Assembly: GCF_001194135.2 (NCBI RefSeq) | Contig: NC_068989.1 | Span: 49,982,279 to 50,046,278, forward strand | Direction: 5' to 3' | Length of the DNA: 64,000 bases | Source of the DNA: Octopus bimaculoides | Lineage: Eukaryota | Shown here: positions 13,165-27,507 of the stretch, in pieces | How positions within the stretch are numbered: position 1 is the stretch's first letter | Layout of the letters: each line of letters starts with the position of its first letter | Program-made: the position numbers and the translations under genes | The notes under the pieces: generated by a model | Seen by the model: the letters and a program-made list of their open reading frames with translations, nothing else | Databases searched by the model: none | Told to the model about the DNA's origin: nothing

Positions 13165-14520
13165 TCATTGGGTATGATGGAAAGTGTCAGCTGCCCACAG
13201 CCAGCAGACTAAAGTGACATTTGTTTACTGGCCATGCTTCAAGAACCTAGCAGTTCCAAGCAATGCTGATTTTGTGTAGGCGTTCTATATTTACATTTGT
13301 ACCAATCTTTTTTGAGTCCTCTTTGTAGTTGGGTGGTAACACGTCCAAGTGCACCGATTACTATTGGTATCATGTTATTCTCCTCAACCTTGATATTTCT
13401 CACTTCAAATTGTTGTAGTTGTTCAGGTTTTCTTCTTTCTCTTTCATCCTGTTGTCACTGGGATATGCTATGTCGATTATCATGCAAGTTCTTTCTTTTT
13501 TTATTTACCACAACAATGTCCTGTTTCCAATGTCTGGTCAGGTGATCGCATTGAATCATTGTGTCCTATCCATTATATCATTCTCGATGACTTGTTCTGT
13601 GGTTTGCTCGTACTACATCTTTACCCTTTGTAGGTCGTAATTTCCACACAGCTCTCAATGAATCATTCTTTCCACATTGTCATGTCTTTCGTAATCGTGT
13701 TGTGCCAATTTCGGACATTCACTAACGATGTGCCATACCATTTCACCACTCTCAACACACATTCTGCATTTGTCGTACCCGGTAGTATTGTCGATTCTGC
13801 ACTTCACATAGTCCTTAATGCGTGTTCTTGTGCTGAGTTTCTGTCTCTATCTTCAGGTCACTCCTAATCGTCCATAGCCACCGATTCTTTTGTATCTGAC
13901 CTGGCGTTCGAATCTCTTATAAAATGACTGTACAATTTTCTCCTTCCATGTTGTTTCTTTTTTTGTGTTCTTTTCATCTTTATTTTTCTTTCTTTACGCA
14001 ATTAACAATTTTGATGGTTCCAGACTTCTTTACATGTTCCAACAATGGCTCCACTGTATTTTTTACATCCCATTCTAAGCTATTCTCCTTTTGCTTCGAT
14101 ACAATCCTGGCAACTGATTAAGCTTCTCTCACCCTTTCTTCTAGACAAGTAGAGCCTGTCGGTATCACTTTTGGGGGAGAGAGCTCCGTGTACTGTCAAT
14201 ATTTTTCTCGTTTTCATATCTATGTTCATCAGTTGTTTCTTTTGACAGTTTATGATTCGACTTCCATACCAAAGTGATGCTACCGCCCATGCTTGGATTT
14301 TGAACGCAACACCAATCTCAGTCTTCGGAAATATTGCATCCTCAGTTGTTCTTTCATTTCCTTCGATGGACTCTAGTATGCCAAGGTATTTGTAGCCTTC
14401 CTTTTCAATTTGTTTAATTAGTTCTCTATTAAGTAATTCTATCTCTGCTAGGGACTGTACCTTGCCTCTTTTCAGGTATATTATACCACATGTCTTGATT
14501 CTGAATTCCATCCTAATACC
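13103..14520 (-). mobile_element. 5'-truncated R4/Dong-like retrotransposon with intact 3' end running into (TAA)n
   Basis: The ORF-track piece 14080-14511 gives EGYKYLGILE..WAVASLWYG..LSPKSDTDRLYLSRRKGERSLIS. It is followed by the RLE domain QDIVVVNKKERTCMIIDIAYPSDNRMKEKEEE and (A)LLGTARFL, a short 3'UTR, and ~20 AAT units (13103-13163). Confidence 0.9.
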
Positions 14521-15130
14521 AGCACTAAATCAGTGCTTATTTTGGTTGTTCGTCTATCGTCACGTATTGCACGTCGCTCCGGTAAGTTTGTTATTATTTC
14601 TATTGTTACACAAAGTTATATTCTGAACATTTCTTATCGTTTTATAGATAAAATAACCAGTAGCTTAGGGAGCTGGTTCGTTTTCATAATCTGTAGCTCT
14701 TGGTGGGGACTAAATTGGGGTTTGTTTAGCAAACATCTCGCTCAAATTTTGTTTAAAAATGCACGATGGTGGGGGAAGACTTTTTGTCCACTGAAAAGAA
14801 CAGCCGCAGAACAGAACGGCAAAATTGTAAAATCATCATCATCATCGTCAGCAGCAGCAATAACAGCAACAGCACAGAACAGAAAATGTATGAAGGTAAA
14901 TTTCTGCTGCTAAAAATGTCCACACAGCCATCAATTCATAGGAACACTAAAAGAGAACAATGACAACAAAAAGAAACAGCTACACTGGTGAGTTTATTAC
15001 CACCTCCACTACTCCCACCCCTCCTCTCCAGCACTACCATCGCTATCACCAACACAAACATTGATACAACTTAAATAGCGAACTCCTCCTCTTCATTCAC
15101 CTTCTCCTACACTTGTCGAGGTGTAGGACG

Positions 15131-15372
15131 GGATGTGTGTTTCTGTGCCTGTGGTTGTCACCCATCACTACTTGAGCGTTGTGTGTGTTTCACGTAACTT
15201 AGCGTTGTGTGTGTTTCTCGTAACTTAGTGATTCGGCAAAAGTGACCAATAGGATAAATATCAGGTTAAAAAATATAAGCACTGGAATCGATTTGTTTGA
15301 TTTAACCCTTCAAGGCCGTAACTCAACAAGGCCGTAACCCGATGACTGACACAAGTAAAACATAAAAGATAT
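15131..15372 (+). mobile_element. 3' half of a CORE-type SINE, with a 26-bp internal tandem duplication
   Basis: CACGTAACTTAG..TTCGGCAAAAG..ATAAATATCAGG..GACTGACACAAGTAAAA is homologous to 27790-27995. AGCGTTGTGTGTGTTTCWCGTAACTT occurs twice. Confidence 0.75.
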
Positions 15373-15772
15373 ACGCTTTCAGTGGGCATCATGAATGGAA
15401 TCTTTGACAACTAGTTTATTCGTCAAGGCTTTTGTATTAGAGTAGTGCTCTGGTGTTTCTGTTTATGGAAATAATATTGTTTTTCTTCCCAGCTACCGTT
15501 CAAATGTTGATTCTGGTCTGCTCACCGCTTAATTGAATTTTGCCGCTACGAGAATTGATTCAACCGAGAGAAAAAAAATACTGGAAAAAAATATGATGGA
15601 GACCTAACAATCCCAAAGGCCTTTCCAGTTGCCTTTCTTTCGACATGTGTTGGTTAGTTCCTTTATGTGATTTATGCGCTGTTACATATTTTTCTTCTTT
15701 ATTTTCTGATAAACTGTGCTTTTATCTATTGCGATGAATATTTGTCTTACCGTGCAAGCCATGGTGCCACAG

Positions 15773-16025
15773 CATAGACATGGCTGTGCAGTGAAGGAGC
15801 TCACATTTGTAACTACGTGGTTTCTTCTACGGGTTCCCTCACACTGCACAGCACACCTTTACTAGAGCTTCGAGCCGTCAAATGCCTTGTGAGTGAACTT
15901 GGTAGACGGACACTGCGCGGAATCCCGTCGTATATATGTGTGTGCATGTATCGTTGTGTACTTGTGTTTGTGTTTGTCTCACCCACCGCTTAACAACCGC
16001 TGCTGGATTATTTACTGCCTCACAC
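15773..16025 (+). mobile_element. Decayed CORE-type SINE, 5' and central part
   Basis: ATGGCTGTGCAGTGAAG..GCCTTGTGAGTGAACTTGGTAGACGGACACTG is homologous to 27508-27660. It stops where the CR1-like fragment begins. Confidence 0.7.
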
Positions 16026-16059
16026 AGTTATTACAGCACTATCACTGGGTACAGTAACA

Positions 16060-17200
16060 ACAGTTCAATCACTCAAATGTGGATGTGATATGTCTCGACT
16101 TTTCCAAAGCTTTTGACAAATTTGGTCATGAGATATGTCACAAAGTGTGCGACCTTGGTGTCATTGGAAACCTGGGAGAGTGGCTGCATGACTTTCTAAA
16201 AGAAGTCAGACAGTTTCAGCCAACAGTGCTCTTACTGGGGAGACACCAATTCACAACGGAGTCCATCAAGTAACTGTACTGAGACCACTAATGTTTGTGG
16301 TGCTTCTCAGACATGCTCTCAAGCAATACAGCCTGCCACTCTCTCCAGCTATACTGATGATATTAAAGCATCACAGGTAGTCAAAGATCCTGATACCATA
16401 CTAAAACTGCAAAACGAACTAAATGCAATAAACAAATGGGCTGATGAAAATAACACGAGGTTCAATGCTAAGACGTTTCAAACACCCCACTGTCTTTCCA
16501 CAAACAGACTATATTCAGAATACACAAGGCCGGGGTTTAGTGCAGTCACACAGTTAGAATCAGAGTCTGTACATAACCTGGAAATTTACATGAGTATTGA
16601 TGCAACATTTTATATGCATATTTCCAAGATGACAACACTGTACTTGTGAGTAGCTGGATGGAACCTGAGGCTATTCAGAACAAAGAAAAAAGATACTATG
16701 TCACTCGTGTGGAGGGCTTTCTTTCTCAGCCATTTGTGTTACAGTTCCCAACTATGGTTACCGCAGAGCGTCAAACTGGCGGAGAAACTCGTAGTAATCC
16801 ACCGCCATTACTCAACGAAGATTTGTGATGAGCTACTGGGACAGGCTAAAGGAACTTAAGCTCTACATCCTAGAGAGAAGGTGCAAAAACTATGCACTGG
16901 TATACATATGGAAGATTATGGAAGGTCTAACTATCAACTTTGGAATTAAAAGCTATACCAATTAGCGAACTGGACGGAACTGCATAGTACCGACGATCTT
17001 GTGTTCTCCATCTTGCAACAGCTATTCGACATTCTACAGAAACAGCCTTAGTGATTTGCGAGATGTAGATGTGAAGTCTTCAAAGGACGTCAGCACAAAC
17101 TTTTATCTGCGATACCAGATGAACCCACATCGCGGCAAAAGGCACAAAGAAGAGCGACTTCGTCCCACCTGGCACTTCACAACAAAAAATACAGAAAGAA
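16060..17200 (+). mobile_element. CR1/L2-group LINE reverse transcriptase pseudogene (3' part)
   Basis: NVDVICLDFSKAFDKFGH..LGEWLHDFL, YTDDIK (YADD-equivalent at ~16352), LYILERR..YIWKIMEGL..NFGI..RTGR. Many stops. Confidence 0.85.
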
Positions 17201-17294
17201 ATCCCATCACACTAAAAGACGATGCCCCAGCATCGCCTCAGCCACTGGCGAAAATGTATAGAGGAGATAAAGAAAAAAAAACAAAAGATGTATA

Positions 17295-17505
17295 CAGTAA
17301 TCCATTGACTGTCGCGGGTGTTACGTTTAAAACCGCCGCGATAAGCGAAAATGCGCGAAGTACTCTACTGTATATTTTTAATATTATTTTTATAGTTTGT
17401 ATATATTTATTTTATTATAAATGCAAAATAACACCACAGAGGAATCGACGTAAGCTTAAATAATAAACCGTGATAGGTAAGCTGCGATATGGCGCGGGAT
17501 TACTG
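17295..17505. mobile_element. Tigger/pogo-like MITE
   Basis: TA|CAGTAATCC..TGTCGCGG ... CTGCGATATGGCGCGGGATTACTG|TA: imperfect ~23-bp TIRs with TA flanks. Confidence 0.7.
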
Positions 17506-18033
17506 TATGTGTATGTGTGTGTGTCTGTATGTGTGTGTTGTGTGTGTGTGTTGTATGTGACTACATCAAATATTTATCCATACCAGTGGGAACCTATATT
17601 ATCTGCCTTTATGTGATTAGATAAATACAGTAGATAAATATGTCAATAAAATAAATTCCTAACAGAAATAAACAGTGTAGACGATACGATAGACTAAAAA
17701 CTGAAGTAGATGGTGCAATGACACGGCCGAAGCCCACCTACTGCAAGCAATGAAAAATAAAGAAGAAAAAGATAAAATAGATGACCAGTGGGAGCATCGT
17801 GCAAAGAAACATTACCAGGAAAACAAATTGCTTGACGACAGAGAGAATATGAGGCGGTGAAGAGTGCAGGAGTGACATTAAGTTTAATGTAATTGAGCAG
17901 GAGTGGGATCCGACACCGTATAATATTATTGTTTAAATACACTCATGCACACATATACTAATACACACGCACACAGTATTACTGTTCAAATATAGTTCAT
18001 AAGGAAGCTTTATACGCGTATAAATATATATAC

Positions 18034-18079
<46 letters not shown>

Positions 18080-18699
18080 TAGTTTTAGGGAAAATAGTCA
18101 AGTTTCAAGAACTCATTGAGTTTTTACCTGTAATTTTGGATTTTGTCCCTAATATTATTATTATTATATATATATATATATATACATACNNNNNNNNNNN
18201 NNNNNNNNNNNNNNNNNNNNNNNNNNNNNNNNNNNNNNNNNNNNNNNNNNNNNNNNNNNNNNNNNNNNNNNNNNNNNNNNNNNNNNNNNNNNNNNNNNNN
18301 NNNNNNNNNNNNNNNNNNNNNNNNNNNNNNNNNNNNNNNNNNNNNNNNNNNNNNNNNNNNNNNNNNNNNNNNNNNNNNNNNNNNNNNNNNNNNNNNNNNN
18401 NNNNNNNNNNNNNNNNNNNNNNNNNNNNNNNNNNNNNNNNNNNNNNNNNCACCTATTCCTATGGAAGGTATAATTTGTAATCTTCGAAACATATGTTGGA
18501 AATAAAAGTATGCAGTTAACATATGCGTTTTACTCCATTTACTAAATTTATATATACTCAAGTACTCAAAATAACAAGGAGTTTCTACCTCATAAACAGG
18601 AGTTACACCACAGTCATTTTGTAATCTTTGCTACCCTGGTATCTATTAACCAATTTATTTTGTCCGAGTTATTTATTAACTAGGAAAAAATAAATACAT

Positions 18700-18733
<34 letters not shown>

Positions 18734-19359
18734 ACTGTTTATATAAAACAATATTAACTTGGAACTTCTGACGTAATACGGTGAAATAAACAACAGAAAA
18801 TATGCTTTATATAAAATTAATTTGAAAATAATGTAAGTTTAAAGTAAAAATTGTGAAAAGAAAGACAAAACAAATATCAGATATCAAATTATGTATTTGA
18901 TAAAAATATTCCGTATATATTTTGTACATATATGTATTGCTCGTTATTTATATTAGTTTTTATTTCATTGGTGTATGTACATATTTATATATGTATGTAT
19001 TTCAGCTTGATAATTGACTGCCTGCAAACCTGGTTTCGCATATATTCATACGCAATCGCTCACTGATACATACTCACAAGTGCACGCATATGCGCGCATA
19101 TGTATATGTAAAGATTCAGTTCTCTTTCTCTCTTTCTCTATTTTCATTTTGCTGCAAATTCACATTCAGTTGTAATTTATATTGTATGCATTTAAGTGGG
19201 AATGTATGTGAATTTGTATTATTGTAGTATAGACACACGCACACGAACACACACACACACACACACACATACGCACACGCACACACACGCACAAACACGC
19301 ACACATCTGCACGCACACTCACCCATATATAAAATAAGTGTATGTATCTATGTATCTAC

Positions 19360-19409
<50 letters not shown>

Positions 19410-19416
19410 ATCTATC

Positions 19417-19461
<45 letters not shown>

Positions 19462-19725
19462 ATATATATATATATACACGCACACATACATACATGCATG
19501 CATACATACATATATACATACGTACATACATACATGCACGCGTGCATACAGATATACGTACGTACATACATACATGCATGCATACATGCATACATACATA
19601 CATACATACGTATAAATAAATAGCAGTTTCACGGCGTGCAATATTCAATTTCGTGACGAAGATGCCCCAAACCATTTAGTATTACCATGGTAATACTAAA
19701 TATTTGCTTAATATATATATATATA

Positions 19726-19945
19726 TCCTTTATCTTGTATTATTTATTGGTTTCAATCATTTTCCTGTGGCCATGCTGGGACACCGCCTTGAAGTGTTTT
19801 AGTTATAGAAATCGATTTATTTGTTCTTAACGCCCAGTACTTATTCCATCAATCTCCTATGCCGAACTGTTAAGTTACAAGGACGTAAATACGCCAGTAT
19901 CGGTTGTCAAGTGGTAGTGGTGGGAAAATACAGACACAAAGACAT
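19726..19945 (-). mobile_element. CORE-type SINE 3' half
   Basis: Reverse complement of the 27790-27995 tail (GGCCATGCTGGGACACCGCCTTGAAG, TCGGTTGTCAAGTGG). Confidence 0.75.
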
Positions 19946-19953
19946 ATGCACAT

Positions 19954-19984
<31 letters not shown>

Positions 19985-20378
19985 CGCGGACCTATACTGG
20001 GAGGATGCGCTTAGCCAACTTCGAAATCCCCTCTTCTATCGCCTCCTCCCTCCGACCCCACCGCCTCCTACCAACAGCGCGTGTCCTCCACTATCCATGA
20101 CCTCGTCTCCTTATCTGCCCTCTCCCACCGCCATTAACCTCCGCCATCTATTCCCTTCCCAAAATACATAGACCCGACAACCCTGACCGCCCTATTGTTT
20201 CCGCATGCAACTGCCCCAGAGAAGTCATTTCAAAAGAACTCGACCGTAATCCCACAAACATGACATGAATCACGCCCTTCGCCTTTTCGAATTCCGTTAC
20301 CTCCCTCCGGCCCATCCGCCTCTTCTTCACCTTGGACATCAAATCCCTATACACGGTGATTCCCCACAACGACGTTTG
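19985..20378 (+). mobile_element. Penelope-like element RT fragment (PKIH.P..PGRPIVS type)
   Basis: ADLYWEDALSQLRNPLFY..DPTASYQQRVSSTIHDL..PKIHRPDNPDRPIVSACNCP..LFFTLDIKSLYTVIPHND, i.e. PLE RT motif A, D..SLYT.IP. Confidence 0.85.
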
Positions 20379-20443
20379 AAGTATGTGTGTACGTGTGTAT
20401 GTATATGTTGTGTGTGTGTGTGTGTGCGTGTGTGTGTGTGTGC

Positions 20444-20500
<57 letters not shown>

Positions 20501-20589
20501 TGTGTGTCTGTGTATTTGTGTGTACACGCACGACAGTGAAAAAGAATGATATAGAGCTGCATACAAATATAATTATATATAATTCAGTA

Positions 20590-20750
20590 TCTGTGTGTGT
20601 GTATGTTGATGTGTTTAGAAACCGATAGAATAAATACTAGGCTTACAAACAGTAAGTCCTGGGGTCGATTTCTTCGACTAACACCCATTAAGGCGACGCT
20701 CCAGCATGGCCGTATTCAAATGACCGAAAGAAGTAATACAATAATGAGCT
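20590..20750 (+). mobile_element. CORE-type SINE 3' end
   Basis: GATAGAATAAATACTAGGCTTAC..GGGGTCGATTTCTTCGACTAA..AAGGCGACGCTCCAGCATGGCCG..AATGACCGAAAG. Confidence 0.75.
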
Positions 20751-21290
20751 TAGTGTTGTTTTATATATTTGTATATATATATATTTATCCAAAATCACGC
20801 AGGACGGAGTAGGAGAAAGAGTAGTATAAGTGAAGGAAGAGGAGAGAAAATAGTAATTAAGCGAAGGAGAAGTAGTGAGTGTAATAGCCTTGACTGAGAG
20901 GGAGTTAGAGAAGGTAATAGCAATATCCTCTGTTTTTCTCCGTCACAACATATGAATGTGAAAAGAAGGGGTGAAAAAAATCAGCTTTCCAACTCTGCGT
21001 GAGTATATGCGTGTGTATATAAAAGTGAGTCTTGTGAATGTGTGTGTGTGCAAGGGAAGTAGGATGGTATAAAGTCAACGCTGAAAAGAAAAATCATACG
21101 GCGTTTCAACTCTATGTGAGTAGATGTGTGATATGTGTGCATGTACAAGGAATGTATGTGAATGTTTGTATCTGTGATTATTATGTACCTCATTTTGTAC
21201 CTTATTTATATATAAAATACTACAATTAGCCGTCATTTTTGACGGCACGGGGTCAGCTAGTAAAAGAATAAAGGCATATATATATGTATG

Positions 21291-21342
<52 letters not shown>

Positions 21343-21390
21343 AATCTAGGTTATAGTTGAAATATGTTTGTCACATATTTCAAAAGCTAA

Positions 21391-21748
21391 AGGTAAATAC
21401 ACTACAGTTACTGTGGGGAAAAATCTCTCTTATGGTAAATATGTGTGAAAACACCCAATTTGTTCAGAGTCGCCATCTCTCGGGAATCGTTGTTTACCTC
21501 CATCGGGCGATCTCTACTAGCGCAAATGCGTCAACGTGTTGACTGAATTATATATAAAGCTTCAAGCTTTATTTAGTTCGTTCAGAGGTGCCTCTCTTAG
21601 GAACGTCTCATCGACAAGAGTCAATACACTCGAAACATCGATGTCTGAGTTTCCCGAGAGATGGCGACACAGAACGAACTGGATGTTTTTACAGCTTTTA
21701 CCAATAAGACATTTTTTTTTCTCCACGGTAACTGCGGTGTACTTGCCT
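21391..21748. mobile_element. MITE with ~100-bp terminal inverted repeats (Kolobok-like termini)
   Basis: Left arm AGGTAAATACACTACAGTTACTGTGG..GAGTCGCCATCTCTCGGGAA; right arm TTCCCGAGAGATGGCGAC..CCACGGTAACTGCGGTGTACTTGCCT. Ends are AGG..CCT; flanks CTAA / TGAG could be decayed TTAA. Confidence 0.8.
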
Positions 21749-21792
21749 TGAGCAGTTCAAATATGTGAGAAACATATTTCATTACTTCGTTT

Positions 21793-21850
<58 letters not shown>

Positions 21851-22491
21851 CATATATATGCATGCATATGTATATATATGTATGTATATAATATATATGT
21901 CTATACATATACGTTTATACGTATATTTATATATATATTTATTGTATACATGTATGTATACATGTATGTATACATATATATATATGTAATATCATATAGG
22001 ATGTTACCGAGATGCAACTGGATAAATTCAAATCTCTTTCAGGGATAATTGTGNNNNNNNNNNNNNNNNNNNNNNNNNNNNNNNNNNNNNNNNNNNNNNN
22101 NNNNNNNNNNNNNNNNNNNNNNNNNNNNNNNNNNNNNNNNNNNNNNNNNNNNNNNNNNNNNNNNNNNNNNNNNNNNNNNNNNNNNNNNNNNNNNNNNNNN
22201 NNNNNNNNNNNNNNNNNNNNNNNNNNNNNNNNNNNNNNNNNNNNNNNNNNNNNNNNNNNNNNNNNNNNNNNNNNNNNNNNNNNNNNNNNNNNNNNNNNNN
22301 NNNNNNNNNNNNNNNNNNNNNNNNNNNNNNNNNNNNNNNNNNNNNNNNNNNNNNNNNNNNNNNNNNNNNNNNNNNNNNNNNNNNNNNNNNNNNNNNNNNN
22401 NNNNNNNNNNNNNNNNNNNNNNNNNNNNNNNNNNNNNNNNNNNNNNNNNNNNNNNNNNNNNNNNNNNNNNNNNNNNNNNNNNNNNNNNNNN

Positions 22492-22526
<35 letters not shown>

Positions 22527-23043
22527 TATATACAAGTGATTTCTTCCTGTGTGTATTTACGTCATATATCTTCTAAAGTCTGTCCGACTAGTGAGGAAGT
22601 TCTTTTTTTCGGTCATGAGTTTCCGGAATTGATCTCTATGTGTGGAATCTTAGATGAGTACCTTTTACCAAAGGTTCGTTTCGACTTGGGCCTTGTTATG
22701 GAAACGCTCTGGCTATCCCTCTCAGTGTCTATGCCTCCAACAAAATTAACTAGCATTTTTACACACTACGTCCCAGTGATTGTAGTCCGAAATTACCTGA
22801 AGTATATTTTTGTATATTGAATATTAAACTACTAGCTAAACGCTTATTCAAGAAATAGTTACTTGAGTTGAGTGAATAACTGAAATAGATGCAGACCCAT
22901 TGGATTTAACAAATATATATGGAAGTAGGTATGTAGAAAAATATAAGTTTGTCACATTGGCATGTATCTGCAGGTCTTCTACTGAGACATATTTCATTCG
23001 TGTCATAACTGATTGGAAGTGGAACATATCAGAAGGGAAGTGT

Positions 23044-23099
<56 letters not shown>

Positions 23100-23217
23100 N
23101 NNNNNNNNNNNNNNNNNNNNNNNNNNNNNNNNNNNNNNNNNNNNNNNNNNNNNNNNNNNNNNNNNNNNNNNNNNNNNNNNNNNNNNNNNNNNNNNNNNNN
23201 NNNNNNNNNNNNNNNNN

Positions 23218-23248
<31 letters not shown>

Positions 23249-26169
23249 AGAGTTTGACAGAAGAGTTTGAAAATTCCCGAACGGAAAGGTAGCTGATAAA
23301 CAGATGAATTGCTTTAGGGGGACTAGGTTTTATAAGAGACAAAATAACCTATGAGAGCACATGTATGTTGTCGATGGATCTGAAAAAATAGCAGCGAATC
23401 TCCATCAAATCGTACTTTGTACTATGAAAAGGAGGATACATGTGTGTCAGGCATAATGTAGTCCTGCTTGTGTGTTATACATAATAAATAAATCGGATGG
23501 AAACAGTTGCAATACAATTGGCAACTAAATCTAACCAGACAGGTTTAAACAATAGAGCAACAGCAATAAGCCGGCGGATTGGCCACTTAAAGCGTTAGAG
23601 CGTCGGATAGAATGCCTTAGGATATTTCCAGCTCTCTGGACGTGAAATTTATCTTTCATCTTTTGAAGGTCGATAATAGCTTCGTGGAACTGTAAGAAGC
23701 CCGTAGTAAATACTTGCGTTATTTACTTCGTCATTTTTTTGCTCTGAGTTCAAATTTCATCAAATTCAACTTCATTGTTCGTTCTCTGAGGGTCGATATT
23801 AACGTACTAATCGTGTACAGTTGATGGATAGAACTGTAAGAAAGTCATACCGGATGCATTACGTTATTTGTTCCGATTCTTTGCATTCTGAGTTCAAATC
23901 CCGTCATAGTCTACTTAACACCGCTTGGCACATTGGGTTCAGAGTTCATTATGCTGCAAGTATTTTGACAGATTTCTGGTTTGAGGATACTTTACTCTCT
24001 CCTTCCCTTCTAGCAACCTTGGACCCCTCTGACGGGTCATTGGCTTTGCCTTTCTCATTGGCTAAAATATACCAAACATTGAAATTAAATTTCTGTCGGC
24101 ATGTCTAGCTATCGCGTGTCTGTGCGTCGTTGTTTGGTCATCAGGTAATTGGAATCCCTGCTCTTCAATGAAAAGAATCGAAGTCAATTATAATTATAAA
24201 TCTCTTTTTTATTTTTTAAAAATTATCTTAGTCATTACATTGTAAATTTTTGAAATATCAATTTGCTACAATTTAGAATACAAAAACCAGGAACAAAGAA
24301 CGCAGCACAAACCTTCAGACATGCTAACAATTCCGTCAGCCACTGCTCTAGCGAGTTTTTTTTACTCATCGGTCACGAGTGGATAAAAAGCAAAGTTTAT
24401 TTTGACATAAGTTCAGTTCAGAACTCATGAAACAAAAGCTACAAAGCATTTTGTTCTACGCTCTAAAGACTACTTATTCTCTGTATGGGTGCATTAAGAT
24501 CCGCCATTCCACAAGAAGCGAAACTCACTCTGATTAGTTATGTTTTGGTCAACACATTACTCCCGAGGGGTTATATATTAGGGAGTTATGTGAGCGTTGA
24601 TCATATCTCTCGCATCTATGTGAATAGATACCTTTCGACTGGTCTTTGAGATGCCGGCCTTTCTGTTTATAACCTCACTACAGTTTCTATCTATCGGGAC
24701 CCATTTACAGTAATCCAAAATTCACTCCGGCGTTCATTTCATGTATGCCAATCGATTTGTCTTGGTTAATTCTTGCTTCTATTACCACTTCCCATCCCAT
24801 CAATATTTTAGCGAACATTTCCGTTTCAAAGATATCCGAGAGTGTGAAAATGACATATACAAACACGGTTTTGCTGTGTTCAGATTCGTGTAGATTGTTC
24901 TTGGAGACATTTGAGTTCTGCAGCATGGCTCAAGACCGAAAACGTATATATGAAAGTTGAAAACTGACCACATTGATGGAACAAGCCTGTGGTTTTAAAC
25001 AGCGGTTGCGGTTAGAGATCATATAATTTTGATGCCCGACTAGATGTCACCATTCATAGACGGGAACGAATTTCTGAAACAAAACCGCAAAGGGCCCATT
25101 TAGTACGGTTGATAGATTTCAATGAATTTTCACGTTGAAAACTTAAACTTCTCTAAATCATCGGTTCTCTTTGTAGCACAGCGTGACTCCGTTTTACAAA
25201 ATGGCATTTTACAGACGCCCCCTACTCATGGTTTTTCAAAACTAGCCCGCTCTATATTACATTTTTATGGAAATTAGTAAAGGCGATCATTTATATAATA
25301 CTTTTCATTATAGGCACGAGGCCTGAAATAATTTCGGGTGGGTGGAGAGGGAGGTGGGATAGTCGATTACATCGACTCCAGTGTTCGACTGATACTTATT
25401 TCATCAACTCCAAAAGGATCATACGGCCAAGTCGGCCTCGATGAAATTTGAACTCAGAACGCAAAGACGGACAAAATGCTAATAAGCATTTTGTCAGGAA
25501 TCAGACATATTTAAGCTCACAAGTAATACAATGTCCTATTTATATTTTAATCCTGAAAATGATTTGTTTTCCGAAAAGGAGTCTAAAATATTAGTACTGT
25601 ATCCAGTTTTAAATTTTTAGAAAAATTACGACTCATCGACGTTCTCAGGAGATATCAAGGGAGTGCCACTAGGCACGACGAAGACACCACCGCCCGGTTT
25701 CTAAACTGGTGCTCTAAATTCTTTACAGCATCACCAAAGCGATATTTAATTCCTAAGCACAAGTCTACACACCATCAAGTCTTATGTATGTACTCAGATA
25801 CAGCAATAGTACTTTGAGGTATTGTCGACATACATTGTGTGGTATACTTTCAATAAAACTCGAAACCAAAGCAAAAAAAAACTGCACTATACCTAAGGCA
25901 CAGAGAGCTATGCTCAGTAATGCGGTGAAATCACGCAATGAAAATAACACAGCAAAAAAAAAAAAAGAAAAAAAGAAGGAAAATTAATAATATTTTTTAA
26001 TGATATTGATACTAATAATTAGTTGAAACCTTTGTAAAAGTATGGATTTTTCATTTCTTGGTCTGTTGCTTCTTGGAAATTTTTCTTGCACACATTTTTC
26101 TTTGTTGGATGTTATGGGACCATCGTATGCATATATGCATCAGATTTCAGCCAATCAGATATAAAGAGT

Positions 26170-26935
<766 letters not shown>

Positions 26936-27269
26936 AAGAAATGTCTTCTTAACTGGAATTATCAATTTTGCGAATTTTCCTTTCTATATTCTGTCCTTCG
27001 TTCTGTTTCCTTCCTTCAGTTCATGCCTTCCTTCCTTGATACCTTCCTTGTTCTTTCGTTTTTTCCTACACTCATTATCATATAAAGACATGTAAACAAA
27101 CATTAACAAACCTATATTGGTAAATATATGCATATGCATGTCCCTACTCCTAATAAATGCATATATTAATATATTACGCCCGGGCCTAAAATATGTAACC
27201 ATGTATGTATATATACACGTCTATCAGTCTGTTTGCCTTGTCATTGTGTGTGTTTGGATGTGTGTCTGC

Positions 27270-27320
<51 letters not shown>

Positions 27321-27507
27321 TACATACATAATTCTACATATCTAAATACGCACGTATATGCACACACGCCCACGCACGCGCACACACATATTTGTATTTG
27401 CGCATACATATACACACACACTATGCATACGTGTGTATGTATATGTTTACGACTGAATGTGATCTTGATGTTATAATATTAAAGCTAATTTAAAAAAAAA
27501 AAAGAAT

